The position numbers were made by a program, and so were the translations under genes. This document shows, in pieces, positions 51,198 through 60,061 of a stretch of 64,000 nt of DNA (the first letter of the stretch is position 1; each line of letters starts with the position of its first letter). Location: NCBI GenBank assembly GCA_965215515.1, contig OZ244057.1, positions 256,001-320,000 on the forward strand, written 5' to 3'. The notes beneath the pieces are model-generated. The model did no database searches. It had not been told where the DNA came from and worked only from the letters and a program-made list of their open reading frames with translations. The stretch is from Oligoflexales bacterium (GTDB lineage Bacteria; Bdellovibrionota_B; Oligoflexia; Oligoflexales; JAPPIL01).

Positions 51198-52493
51198 TTG
51201 TCATTTGCTTCACAAATGACGGGAAGATTGAGTGGCGATATGTTGAGGTTGGTGCTGGTAAACTGTTGGTCGTTGTTCGTTTTGTCAGCATATCCCTGCC
51301 TATGTCTAGCCGCGTTTTTTTTCCCTCCTCTGCAAAAGCAACTGCAAGGACGGTTGCGCAAGTTTTTATTGTTTTGTGGACAAACTTTAAGGGGACAAAA
51401 AAAAACAGGCGGATGGATATTTTTTTGCAGTTCCGCGGGCGAATACGAGCAGGCTGTCCCTGTACTCACCGAGTTGGCAGGCAAACGTGAGGAGCAGCTC
51501 GTTTTGTTTTTTTCGCACTCTGGTTATCGCTTCGCTACTCTGCGGTGCGAGCGGGCGCATTGTTTGCTTGCCCCCCCTGACCTGTGGTGGCTGTGGTGGC
51601 TGTTGTTGGTGCTCTGGCGGCCGCGAGGAGTCGTGGTGGTGCGACACGAATTATGGCCTGCGTTCTTGTGTGCGGCAGCACGCCGTAGCAAACTGTATTT
51701 GATCGATGCCTCTTTCCCACATCTGCGAGGGCGTTGGTTGAAAAGCTGGTTGCTCGGTTTTTTTCGTAAAGTTTTGGTGGTCGATGAACTCGATCGTGTA
51801 ACCGCCCTGCACCATTTGCATGTGCCACAACAACGCCTGATCGTGGCGGGTGACAGCAAATACGATCGTGTTGCACAGCGTGTGGCTGCACCAGCACCGC
51901 ACGACAAGAGTTTTGCGCTGTTGCGAACACCTGGTAAACGACGACGCTTGTTGATTGGCAGTGCCTGGCAAGAAGAAATCCTCGCCGTCTTGGACATTTA
52001 CCGTAAGCAGCGCGCTCGCTGGCAAGTACTGATCGCTCCGCACACACCGCATGTGGAGATGCTGGACTGGCTACAAAAACTATGTCGGCAAAAAAAACTG
52101 CAGGTGCGATTCTACACCCAATTGTCCCTGCCCTACGTCGATGCGGATGTAATCGTCATCGACACAATGGGCTGCTTGACCGAACTTTACGGGCTTGCCC
52201 ACCTGGCCCTCGTCGGCGGCGGCATGCGCGGCAAGGTGCATAACGTACTCGAACCAGTTTTCCACGGTATACCTACGGCGATGGGCAAATATTTTGCGAA
52301 CAGTAGCGAAGCACGACGGTTGTTCGACGCAGGGTGGCTAACGGTTGTCGATACCGATAATCTCGCTAGTTGGTGGCAAGCCCAGACCACTAAGTCATAC
52401 GGCGCTGAGCGGCGTGCACAACAGCTCGCCTTCGTGCACGAATTGTGCGGGGCGACAAGACTTATCGGCACGGTGTTGGACAGCACACCTTAA
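51198..52493 (+). CDS. waaA: Kdo transferase
   Basis: CSSAGE, ELWP, GDSKYD, IAPH, DTMGCL, HNVLEP; start may be ATG 51216 or 51240. Confidence 0.85.
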   Translation: MSFASQMTGRLSGDMLRLVLVNCWSLFVLSAYPCLCLAAFFFPPLQKQLQGRLRKFLLFCGQTLRGQKKTGGWIFFCSSAGEYEQAVPVLTELAGKREEQLVLFFSHSGYRFATLRCERAHCLLAPPDLWWLWWLLLVLWRPRGVVVVRHELWPAFLCAAARRSKLYLIDASFPHLRGRWLKSWLLGFFRKVLVVDELDRVTALHHLHVPQQRLIVAGDSKYDRVAQRVAAPAPHDKSFALLRTPGKRRRLLIGSAWQEEILAVLDIYRKQRARWQVLIAPHTPHVEMLDWLQKLCRQKKLQVRFYTQLSLPYVDADVIVIDTMGCLTELYGLAHLALVGGGMRGKVHNVLEPVFHGIPTAMGKYFANSSEARRLFDAGWLTVVDTDNLASWWQAQTTKSYGAERRAQQLAFVHELCGATRLIGTVLDSTP

Positions 52494-52557
52494 TGCTTAG
52501 CATTCAGCTATTCGTTCTGAAATGCTAAACTGAATAGGTAAATAGGGTGGTGCAAAT

Positions 52558-53868
52558 ATGCCGCAGCAACATGTCGTTGTTATCGGAGCGGGTTTCTGTG
52601 GCTTGGCAGCAGCTTGGGAGCTAGTGCAGCACGGTGTCGCCGTTACCGTGCTTGAACAGGATAACGTAGTTGGCGGACTGGCAGGCAGTTTTGCGGTCGG
52701 CGGCACGCGGCTGGAAAAATTCTACCATCATTGGTTCACCAGCGACACGCATGTCACCCAACTCGTCACCGAGCTGGGGTTGCAGGAAAGATTGGTATCG
52801 CGCCACACCCGCACAGGCATGTATTACGCTCACAATTTTTTCCGTCTCTCCTCGCCGCTTGATCTGCTGCGTTTTCGCGCTTTGCCACTGCTCGATCGTC
52901 TGCGACTGGGCTTGCTTGTGCCGCGTGTACAGTTGCTCAGAGATTGGCACAAGCTCGAGGGTCAAACCGCAGCCGCATGGGTGCAACATACCTGTGGTGA
53001 ACGTGTGTACCGCGTCGTCTGGCAACCGTTGCTGCGCGGTAAATTCGGTGCGGAAGCGGACAACATCGCTGCGGTTTGGTTGTGGAACAAACTAAAACTA
53101 CGCGGTGGCAGCCGCAGCAAAGACGGGCGTGAACAACTGGTATACCTGCGCGACGGTGGTTTTGCCGCGCTGACTGAATGCCTCGCCGCTGCCATTCAAG
53201 CACGGGGCGGAAAAATTGCCACCAACACCCGCGCCCTCGCCCTCGCCGTGCGCGACAAACAGGTACAGGCTGTGCGTACCGACAACACCAGCATCGCTGC
53301 CACGCACGTCATCGCCACGCCAGCCTTGCCTATCATCGCGCGGTTGCTCCGCGGGCACGTACCGCATGTTTATGAACAATCTCTACATCGTGTCACTTAT
53401 CTGGCCAATGTCTGCACCGTGCTGGAACTCAAGCACAGCCTCTCCGATCTTTATTGGATCAACATCAACGACCCTAGCTTTCCTTTTGTCGGTGTCATCG
53501 AACACACCAACTACGAGCCTGCCGCCAGCTACGGAACACGGCACATCGTCTATCTGTCACGCTACCTACCTGCCCACGACTCCTTCTATCGCAAGAAAGA
53601 CGATGAGATTGTGCGTTACAGTGTGAATCATCTGCGCCGCATGTTCCCTTCCTTCCGTGACGACAGCCTGCTGTGTGCCCACGTCTGGCGTGCCGACTAT
53701 GCACAGCCAGTGATTGTCTGCCACTACAATCGCTTGCGCCCTGCACCGCAAACACCGCTCACCAACTTCTATATTGCCAGCATGGCACAGATCTACCCAC
53801 AGGATCGGGGCACTAACTATGCCATCGCCTCAGGCAGAGAGATAGCACGGGCTTTGTTACCATGCTAG
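52558..53868 (+). CDS. NAD(P)/FAD-dependent oxidoreductase (protoporphyrinogen-oxidase-like)
   Basis: VIGAGFCGLAAA, GGLAGS, LEKFYHHWF, IYPQDRGTNYA. Confidence 0.85.
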   Translation: MPQQHVVVIGAGFCGLAAAWELVQHGVAVTVLEQDNVVGGLAGSFAVGGTRLEKFYHHWFTSDTHVTQLVTELGLQERLVSRHTRTGMYYAHNFFRLSSPLDLLRFRALPLLDRLRLGLLVPRVQLLRDWHKLEGQTAAAWVQHTCGERVYRVVWQPLLRGKFGAEADNIAAVWLWNKLKLRGGSRSKDGREQLVYLRDGGFAALTECLAAAIQARGGKIATNTRALALAVRDKQVQAVRTDNTSIAATHVIATPALPIIARLLRGHVPHVYEQSLHRVTYLANVCTVLELKHSLSDLYWININDPSFPFVGVIEHTNYEPAASYGTRHIVYLSRYLPAHDSFYRKKDDEIVRYSVNHLRRMFPSFRDDSLLCAHVWRADYAQPVIVCHYNRLRPAPQTPLTNFYIASMAQIYPQDRGTNYAIASGREIARALLPC

Positions 53869-54326
53869 TCGCCGCGGCCGAGTTTAACGATGAGCTGGTA
53901 TTCTTTTGCGTTACAGGGCTGTACCGACAGGCGCGTGCCTTTTTTGATGACCAACATGTTCTCCAGACCGCGGGTGGCTTTCAGGAGGGAGAGAGGCACG
54001 AAGGCAGAGAACTTGGCGACGAAGGCCACTTCGATGCTAAACCAGCGTGGTTTGTAGACACTCGACTGGCGATCGTAATAGGGCGACTGAGGATCGAAAG
54101 CAGAGGGATCGGGGAAAGATTCACGACTGACGACCGCGGTGCCCGCCACCCCCGAAGGATTAGCGTTGGAGTGATAGAAGAGCACCTTATCGTGTAGCTT
54201 GACATCGTCGCGCAGCATGTTGCGTGCTTGATAATTGCGTACCCCCTCCCAGAGGGTGCTCTTATCCTGGCGCAAATCATCGATCGAATAAACCGACGGC
54301 TCGCATTTCATCAACCAGTAGCGCAC
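53865..54326 (-). CDS. EVE domain protein
   Basis: YWLMKCEP, WEGVRNYQARN, FYHS, RLSVQP. Confidence 0.93.
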   Translation of the reverse strand: MRYWLMKCEPSVYSIDDLRQDKSTLWEGVRNYQARNMLRDDVKLHDKVLFYHSNANPSGVAGTAVVSRESFPDPSAFDPQSPYYDRQSSVYKPRWFSIEVAFVAKFSAFVPLSLLKATRGLENMLVIKKGTRLSVQPCNAKEYQLIVKLGRGD

Positions 54327-54434
54327 AGCAAGCCTCACCCGCAAAAACAAAACTGGGCGGATTATAGCGAATCATTTCTGGAATTTCAACTGCCTGCATG
54401 CTACCATGGAGGGTAGTAATAGTAATCTCAGGCA

Positions 54435-54893
54435 ATGCCAATGCCGCGCATCTTGTGTGTTGTGTTGCTACTCTCTGGGTGGCAGTGTCGCGACACTCAG
54501 CACGACAACTCCCCGTCTCCCGCGTCCGAGTCGTCTGACGATGGTGTCGTGTGCCCGCAGCTCGCCCTCGCTGCGTTTGAGCAACATATCCAGCCTGCTA
54601 TCGATGCGGCGTGTGGCAACGGAGGTTGTCATGTCAGCGACGGCACGAATGTTGCGGGCGGCGGTCTGGAATTGCAGAAGAAGCAAAACGACGAAACCTT
54701 CATCACCAATCGTGCGGAGATGCTGTCGCATCGCGCCGCGTGGTTGACGGAAGACGGTGAGTTGCTGGCGAAGGTTGGCGATGATGATCCCGCGACGCAC
54801 GAAGGAGGCAACCAAGTGGCTGAGGGGAACATCACGGAGGAGGACATTGTCGCGTGGCTAGAAGCTGAAAAAAGCTGCCGCAGCGATAGCTAG
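54435..54893 (+). CDS. Lipoprotein with CX4CH motif (cytochrome c-like), paralog A
   Basis: GWQC lipobox-like; IQPAIDAACGNGGCH; HEGG; IVAWL. Confidence 0.6.
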   Translation: MPMPRILCVVLLLSGWQCRDTQHDNSPSPASESSDDGVVCPQLALAAFEQHIQPAIDAACGNGGCHVSDGTNVAGGGLELQKKQNDETFITNRAEMLSHRAAWLTEDGELLAKVGDDDPATHEGGNQVAEGNITEEDIVAWLEAEKSCRSDS

Positions 54894-54928
54894 GGATATT
54901 TTTTACCAGTTAATTAGGGAGGACAAAG

Positions 54929-55315
54929 ATGGTTAGGGTAGCAGCAGCGGTTTTGGCAGCATTGCTGGGATGGCAGTGCAGTAGTGAAAACGAAACAACA
55001 CCCGCGGTAGCCGATTGTGCCGCAGCAGTTGCCGCGTTTACTGCCAACATTCAGCCGCACATCAAGGCTGACAGCTGTGCACAGTCGAGTTGCCATGCGG
55101 GGGGTCAAAAGCCCGACCTCAGGGTCGGTAAGCACAACGCGGCCAGCAACAGAGGAGGAATGCTGGCGGAGGCTAAGGATCACGATGGCTGGCTGGCAGG
55201 AGACACGATGTGGAAATGGCTCAACAGTAATGATCACCCTGGCAGAGATCAGCTCGGTGGTCTGACTGCGGAAAAAATTACCACTTGGGTGGCAGCTGAG
55301 CGCGCGTGCGAGTAG
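54929..55315 (+). CDS. Lipoprotein with CX4CH motif (cytochrome c-like), paralog B
   Basis: GWQC; IQPHIKADSCAQSSCH; HPG; ITTWV; GGGAGG RBS. Confidence 0.6.
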   Translation: MVRVAAAVLAALLGWQCSSENETTPAVADCAAAVAAFTANIQPHIKADSCAQSSCHAGGQKPDLRVGKHNAASNRGGMLAEAKDHDGWLAGDTMWKWLNSNDHPGRDQLGGLTAEKITTWVAAERACE

Positions 55316-55520
55316 CCGTGGCAGTAGCTGAGGACTACGCGACGATATCTTTGTCAACAAAAAATTAGTCAGGCGCTACAAAAGGGAAGTCGGCGACGAT
55401 CGGCTTGTCGCGGTAGTCGCACATCTCGACTTCATAATATCAATAGTATGCTTGACTTTTATATAGTAATTATGATAATAATATCGACCGTGCGGTTCTT
55501 GACCAACATCAAGGTGTGTT

Positions 55521-57215
55521 ATGAAAAGTATAATACTGATTACATCGTGTTTGCTCACCGCGGATTTCGCTCTTGCCAGTGTCAGCCCGTCAGTGGTCAG
55601 GCTGCTGAGGAGGATGGATGGTGATGAGGCGACTGCCCTTCGCTCCCTGAGGAGATTACAACAATACCGAGACCGAGCAGACGAGGGCGATCTTGGGAGG
55701 ATTCTGTCACGGTTTAATCTTACCTATGAGCAGCTGCTAGAGAAAAGATTTTTGTCAGGTGTTACTGCAGAATTTTTGTCGGCAATGGATTGGAGTTGGT
55801 ATGAGTTGAGTGGTTTGCTTTACCCTAAGGATAGCAAGCAAGCGGCACGGTTCATCGCCCATTACGATAGCAGTATGCTTGAGGAGAAAGTACAGAGACG
55901 CATGCTGTCAGCACTACAAGCAAAGCAAACCGAGTTTCCACATCAGGCAAGTACTATCGATAATTTTCTGGAGGAACTACCGACTCTGGTCTCCAAAGAG
56001 AAATTTATGAAAACGGAACAAGTTGGACTCCAGAGAAGAAATTTTGGGATAGAGGAGGATGAGAGTATACTGCTGAGGCAGGCAAAAGAAAATTTCTCCA
56101 AAGATAAGTTTAGATGGAGCTACGGACCATCTGCAAGGCTATGGAGCTACGGACCAGCTGCAAGGCTGCTAGCCGATGCCTCTGCATTGGCGCTGTTGAA
56201 GCGTTTTGCGTCGCAAAGAAGGGGATGGGACTATAAACAGGTTGCAGATAGAATACTTACACCTGGCATTACCCGCAAGTTCATGAATGGTGAAATATAT
56301 GATGAACAAGACCTAGCTATTTTGCGGAGGAAAATCAATGATGAAAATTTTAAAGAATTCCTAACGGAGCTTGTTGCATCTAACGATCAGCTACCGCCCG
56401 ACATCTTAGGTTATGTCATAAATATGGAGAAAATGTATTTTGGTACACCATGGATAGTACAACTCGATGGTTTTTGGAAAAAAATTGCTAGCGGTGTTTC
56501 TAGTGATAGAGAACTAATGGCAGTATTGAAAAATGTTGAAAAAAATAGTTTCTATCGGCCTTTTGCTGTTGATGTGCTAGATACGGCAAAAAGAATGTCT
56601 CAGACAGAACAAACTAAATTTTTCGCTAAGATCAGGGCTGCAATCAGGGAAAATGAAAGGTTCGTGCCCGTGAGCGAGTTGTCGAGAGGAGGCAACCAAG
56701 AATTGCCTGTTTCAGTGCCAAAACCGATACGATCACGATCGCCTGTACAGAAGCAAAACAAGCATGCAGCTAGATCTCGGGCACCAGGAAAGCCTGCCAA
56801 ACAAGACGACTTAGCAAAACTTGTCAGTGGAATGGGACGCGGGTACAAAGAGGCCATCAGCAGCGGCTCGCTTGTTAAGAGCGGTTTGTCCAACGATGTG
56901 CCTGTATGGAAGCGTTTGCGGGCTATTCTCAGGTACGCGGGGACAAATGTCGAAGATTTGGCGAAGCGCACTGCTGTGCGAAAGAACATAGGAAATGAAA
57001 GGCTATATGCACTTGTCGCCGACGATGCTACAGAATTACCTAGTGAAGGTGATTTGAAAAGTATTCACGAATCGTTGCGATCATTTATCAATGGGAAGAA
57101 AAAAAGGAGTAAAAAGCTTAACACTAGAGAACGAGCACAGAAAAGAAAAAAGCTGGATATTGTCAGTGCGGCAATTAATGAATTGCTCGAAGAGATCCGC
57201 CACATTTCGGGGTAG
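55521..57215 (+). CDS. Hypothetical secreted protein with basic C-terminus
   Basis: Signal peptide MKSIILITSCLLTADFALA; 564-aa ORF; AT-richer than backbone. Confidence 0.7.
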   Translation: MKSIILITSCLLTADFALASVSPSVVRLLRRMDGDEATALRSLRRLQQYRDRADEGDLGRILSRFNLTYEQLLEKRFLSGVTAEFLSAMDWSWYELSGLLYPKDSKQAARFIAHYDSSMLEEKVQRRMLSALQAKQTEFPHQASTIDNFLEELPTLVSKEKFMKTEQVGLQRRNFGIEEDESILLRQAKENFSKDKFRWSYGPSARLWSYGPAARLLADASALALLKRFASQRRGWDYKQVADRILTPGITRKFMNGEIYDEQDLAILRRKINDENFKEFLTELVASNDQLPPDILGYVINMEKMYFGTPWIVQLDGFWKKIASGVSSDRELMAVLKNVEKNSFYRPFAVDVLDTAKRMSQTEQTKFFAKIRAAIRENERFVPVSELSRGGNQELPVSVPKPIRSRSPVQKQNKHAARSRAPGKPAKQDDLAKLVSGMGRGYKEAISSGSLVKSGLSNDVPVWKRLRAILRYAGTNVEDLAKRTAVRKNIGNERLYALVADDATELPSEGDLKSIHESLRSFINGKKKRSKKLNTRERAQKRKKLDIVSAAINELLEEIRHISG

Positions 57216-57444
57216 CTCGCCCCGAGTCCCGTGGGTAAATAAGGCACGGCCGACATAACTTGCCGTCCAGCGACCTGCTGTTACCACCAAAATGGCACAG
57301 ATATTGCTTCCCTAATAGGGCAGATCACGTCAGGTGATCGGAGTTGACTTGCCCGTCGTCGCTGTTGTTGTCGCTCCCTGTGGTAGTCAAGCCCCCTCGT
57401 GGAAGCTGTGCGGAAGCTATTTTAAAGCCAGTCACTCCCCGCCG

Positions 57445-57477
57445 AAACCGCTTGTCCCTTTATGGGACGGGCGGTTT
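57445..57477. terminator. Stem-loop between convergent genes
   Basis: AAACCGCTTGTCCC-TTTAT-GGGACGGGCGGTTT, 7 nt from the NAD kinase stop. Confidence 0.55.
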
Positions 57478-57484
57478 TTGCACG

Positions 57485-58372
57485 TCAACACCGCTGAGGA
57501 CGAGCGATCGTCAGGGGAGGGGCGGCTTGGAAGGTAAACGTATCGCCATAGCGTAGCAGCAACGTATGGTGATGACCGTCGAGAGCAAGCAAGGCCTGCT
57601 CACACAACGAACAGATCGTCAGTCGATTCGCCTGTAAATCAAATTCACAACCGTCGATATAATTGCCACTCGATTGGTACAATTCCCTGACCTGAAACTG
57701 AAACTTGTGTGCGCTAAAATCCACCGCCCTGCCACCTGCAGCTTGCAAGGCGGCTGAGCTGCCCGTAGCAGTGGCAACCCATACACCGCTCGATTTCTGG
57801 CTTTCCCAACGCTGGGCAAACTTGACAATGTAGCGTGTCATCGCCGCGGGATTGCTGTTGGTGTAAAGAAAATCATTCAACACCGCCTCGGATAGCTGTT
57901 TCTTGCCCGTCCTGTTGCAGGTTATCTCCGCTCGCAAACGCTGTAACTCCTGCTTCTCTATCTCACCACCCGCTCGCCAACAGGTCGCGAAATGTTCGAG
58001 GCTACGATAATCGAAAGCACATAACTGACCGACACTGCCCTGCGATGATCTTATTCCTACCACCACCGTACGACTGTCGTTCTGCAACGCATGACTAGCA
58101 TTGAGCACCGTGCCATCACCGCCGAGTGTGATAATAAAATCGTACTCCTCCGCAGGCCACGAGCCGCTTTGCGGCTGATGCAATTCAGTCACTTGACAGT
58201 CAGTTGAGGCAAGTATCTTCTGTACCCGCGTAAGAGTTTCAACATGTTCCATATCCGCACGTTCAAGCTGATGCAGATAATCGGGCGGTAAAACCTTGCG
58301 CCGCTCCAAGGCACGCAAAGACTCGCGCTGGGTTGCAGAACTGGTCTTTTTCTTGAGTAATAGAACTCTCAC
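57485..58372 (-). CDS. nadK: NAD(+) kinase
   Basis: GGDGT, VLND, GVWVATATGSSA..AAGG, LDG motifs. Confidence 0.88.
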   Translation of the reverse strand: MRVLLLKKKTSSATQRESLRALERRKVLPPDYLHQLERADMEHVETLTRVQKILASTDCQVTELHQPQSGSWPAEEYDFIITLGGDGTVLNASHALQNDSRTVVVGIRSSQGSVGQLCAFDYRSLEHFATCWRAGGEIEKQELQRLRAEITCNRTGKKQLSEAVLNDFLYTNSNPAAMTRYIVKFAQRWESQKSSGVWVATATGSSAALQAAGGRAVDFSAHKFQFQVRELYQSSGNYIDGCEFDLQANRLTICSLCEQALLALDGHHHTLLLRYGDTFTFQAAPPLTIARPQRC

Positions 58373-59962
58373 GACTCGTCTGCTTGCGCAGCAGTGTTAG
58401 CCGCCGCCCGCCGCCGATCGAAATGCAGGAAGGCATTGTTGAGAGAGATCTCCCGACGCGCTTCTAAATCCTTACGTGCCTTCTTCTCCAGCCAGTTGTA
58501 GAGCGTACTACCCCGATAAAAACGCAGATACTCATTGTCGGTACGCTCGTCCTTAAAATTTTTCCCCTCGGCAAGCGTTTTTGTTTTTAGCCTGAGTAAA
58601 TAAAAGTCACCTCGCTGCTCGTGTAGTACGTACCGCTCCGACGATAGGCTGTAGACGAGATCACGCAACTCCACTGCTGAGCCCAGCTTGGGCACAAAAC
58701 TCGCCGAGAGCGAGAATTTGCCCGTTGTTTCCTGCTTCAACCCATGCGCCTGCAATTCCTCGCTGAGGCCAGTGCCTGCATTGAGCTTCTCCAGCCAACT
58801 GTGCGCCAACTGCGCAGCGAACTCAGGCCCCCGTGCTTGCCGCAACAACTTCTCGGCAATCTCCCGCTGCGCCGTGGCAAAATCTTTTTCCACGGCCGCC
58901 CGTTTCTCCAAGACCTTGATGATGTGGAAACCAAAATCAGTTTCCGTTACCGCACTGATCTCACCCTTGTCCAACGCAAACGCCGCCGCGCTGAAAGGAG
59001 CAGCCATGTCTTCCCGCACGAAAAAACCTAGATCACCTTTGCGTTCTTTAGCTAACGGTTCGTCGCTGTATTGCTGAGCCAAGTTACCGAAATCTCCCGT
59101 CAAAGCCAGCTTCTGCACTTGCACCGCTAACGTCTGTGCTTCCGCCTTGCTTCGCTTTCTTCCCGCTCCACTGGGGTTACGGGCATCACGGTGCGCGATA
59201 AGAATGTGCTGCGCATGCACCTGCTCCGCTTGCTTGAATGCGCTCGTATGCTCGTCGTAGTAGGTTTTGCTCGCCTGCTTGCCTTCCTCCGTTTGCAAGT
59301 AAGCACCGACCTCGGCAGCGCTGAGCGCAATCTTTAACTGCGAAGCGGAGATTTTGATAAATTCAACATCGAGATGGCTGTTCGCCAGCCGATAGTCGAG
59401 TTCAGCTTCGCCGCGAGAGACGTACACAAAATTGCTGACAAACCGTCGCAACTGCTCCAAGGTCAAATCACGCACCATGTTAGCCATGAACACCTCTTCC
59501 GAATAACGATTGCTGCGCAAGAACGAAGCATAGTAACGTTCAGAAAAATTACCGTCTTTGTCGCGAAAAGCATCGATGCTCGTCAGGTAGGTGATGACAT
59601 CATCCTCGGAAGCCTGTACCCCCAACGCGCGTGCGGCGAGAAACAACGCGGCACGATCGACCAGCTGATTGAGCACAATTTCAGAAAGATTGAGCCGCCC
59701 AGGGTCGAAGTCTTGCCCGTACTGATTCTGGTAGGTCTGATAGGTGTTCTGATAAGCGGAACGAAAATCATTGCTGCTGATGCGCAAATCACCGACCTCC
59801 GCCGCGGTGCCGCTCAAATTCCCCTGATCGCTCTGCGGCGGGAAAATACCAAAAAACGTCAACCCCCCCCACCGCCAGGCCAAGGACTACGTAAGTTCCC
59901 GCATTGCTTAGGAATTTCTTTGCACTCAGCCTGTCGATGGTCGTGTTTTTCCAGCGTTGCAC
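58369..59962 (-). CDS. ppiD: PpiD-like SurA-N/parvulin chaperone with an apparent +1 frameshift in a G8 run (59863-59870)
   Basis: VHAQHILI, GDLGFF, TDFGFHIIK rotamase motifs; GGAGG RBS and GTG 59962 lie in the upstream frame and join as YVVLGLAVGGLTFFGI if one G is removed. Confidence 0.8.
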
Positions 59963-60061
59963 CGAACTACTCCTCCGAAGATCATCTCCCCGCCGAGCAT
60001 ACCCGTAATACAATCACGGCGCAATCGCCAAAAAAGTGTCAGGTGCTGGTCGACGCAGTAG

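Noticed and set aside
53865..54326. EVE protein as part of a modification-dependent restriction system
   Set aside because: Stand-alone, in housekeeping context, with no adjacent nuclease
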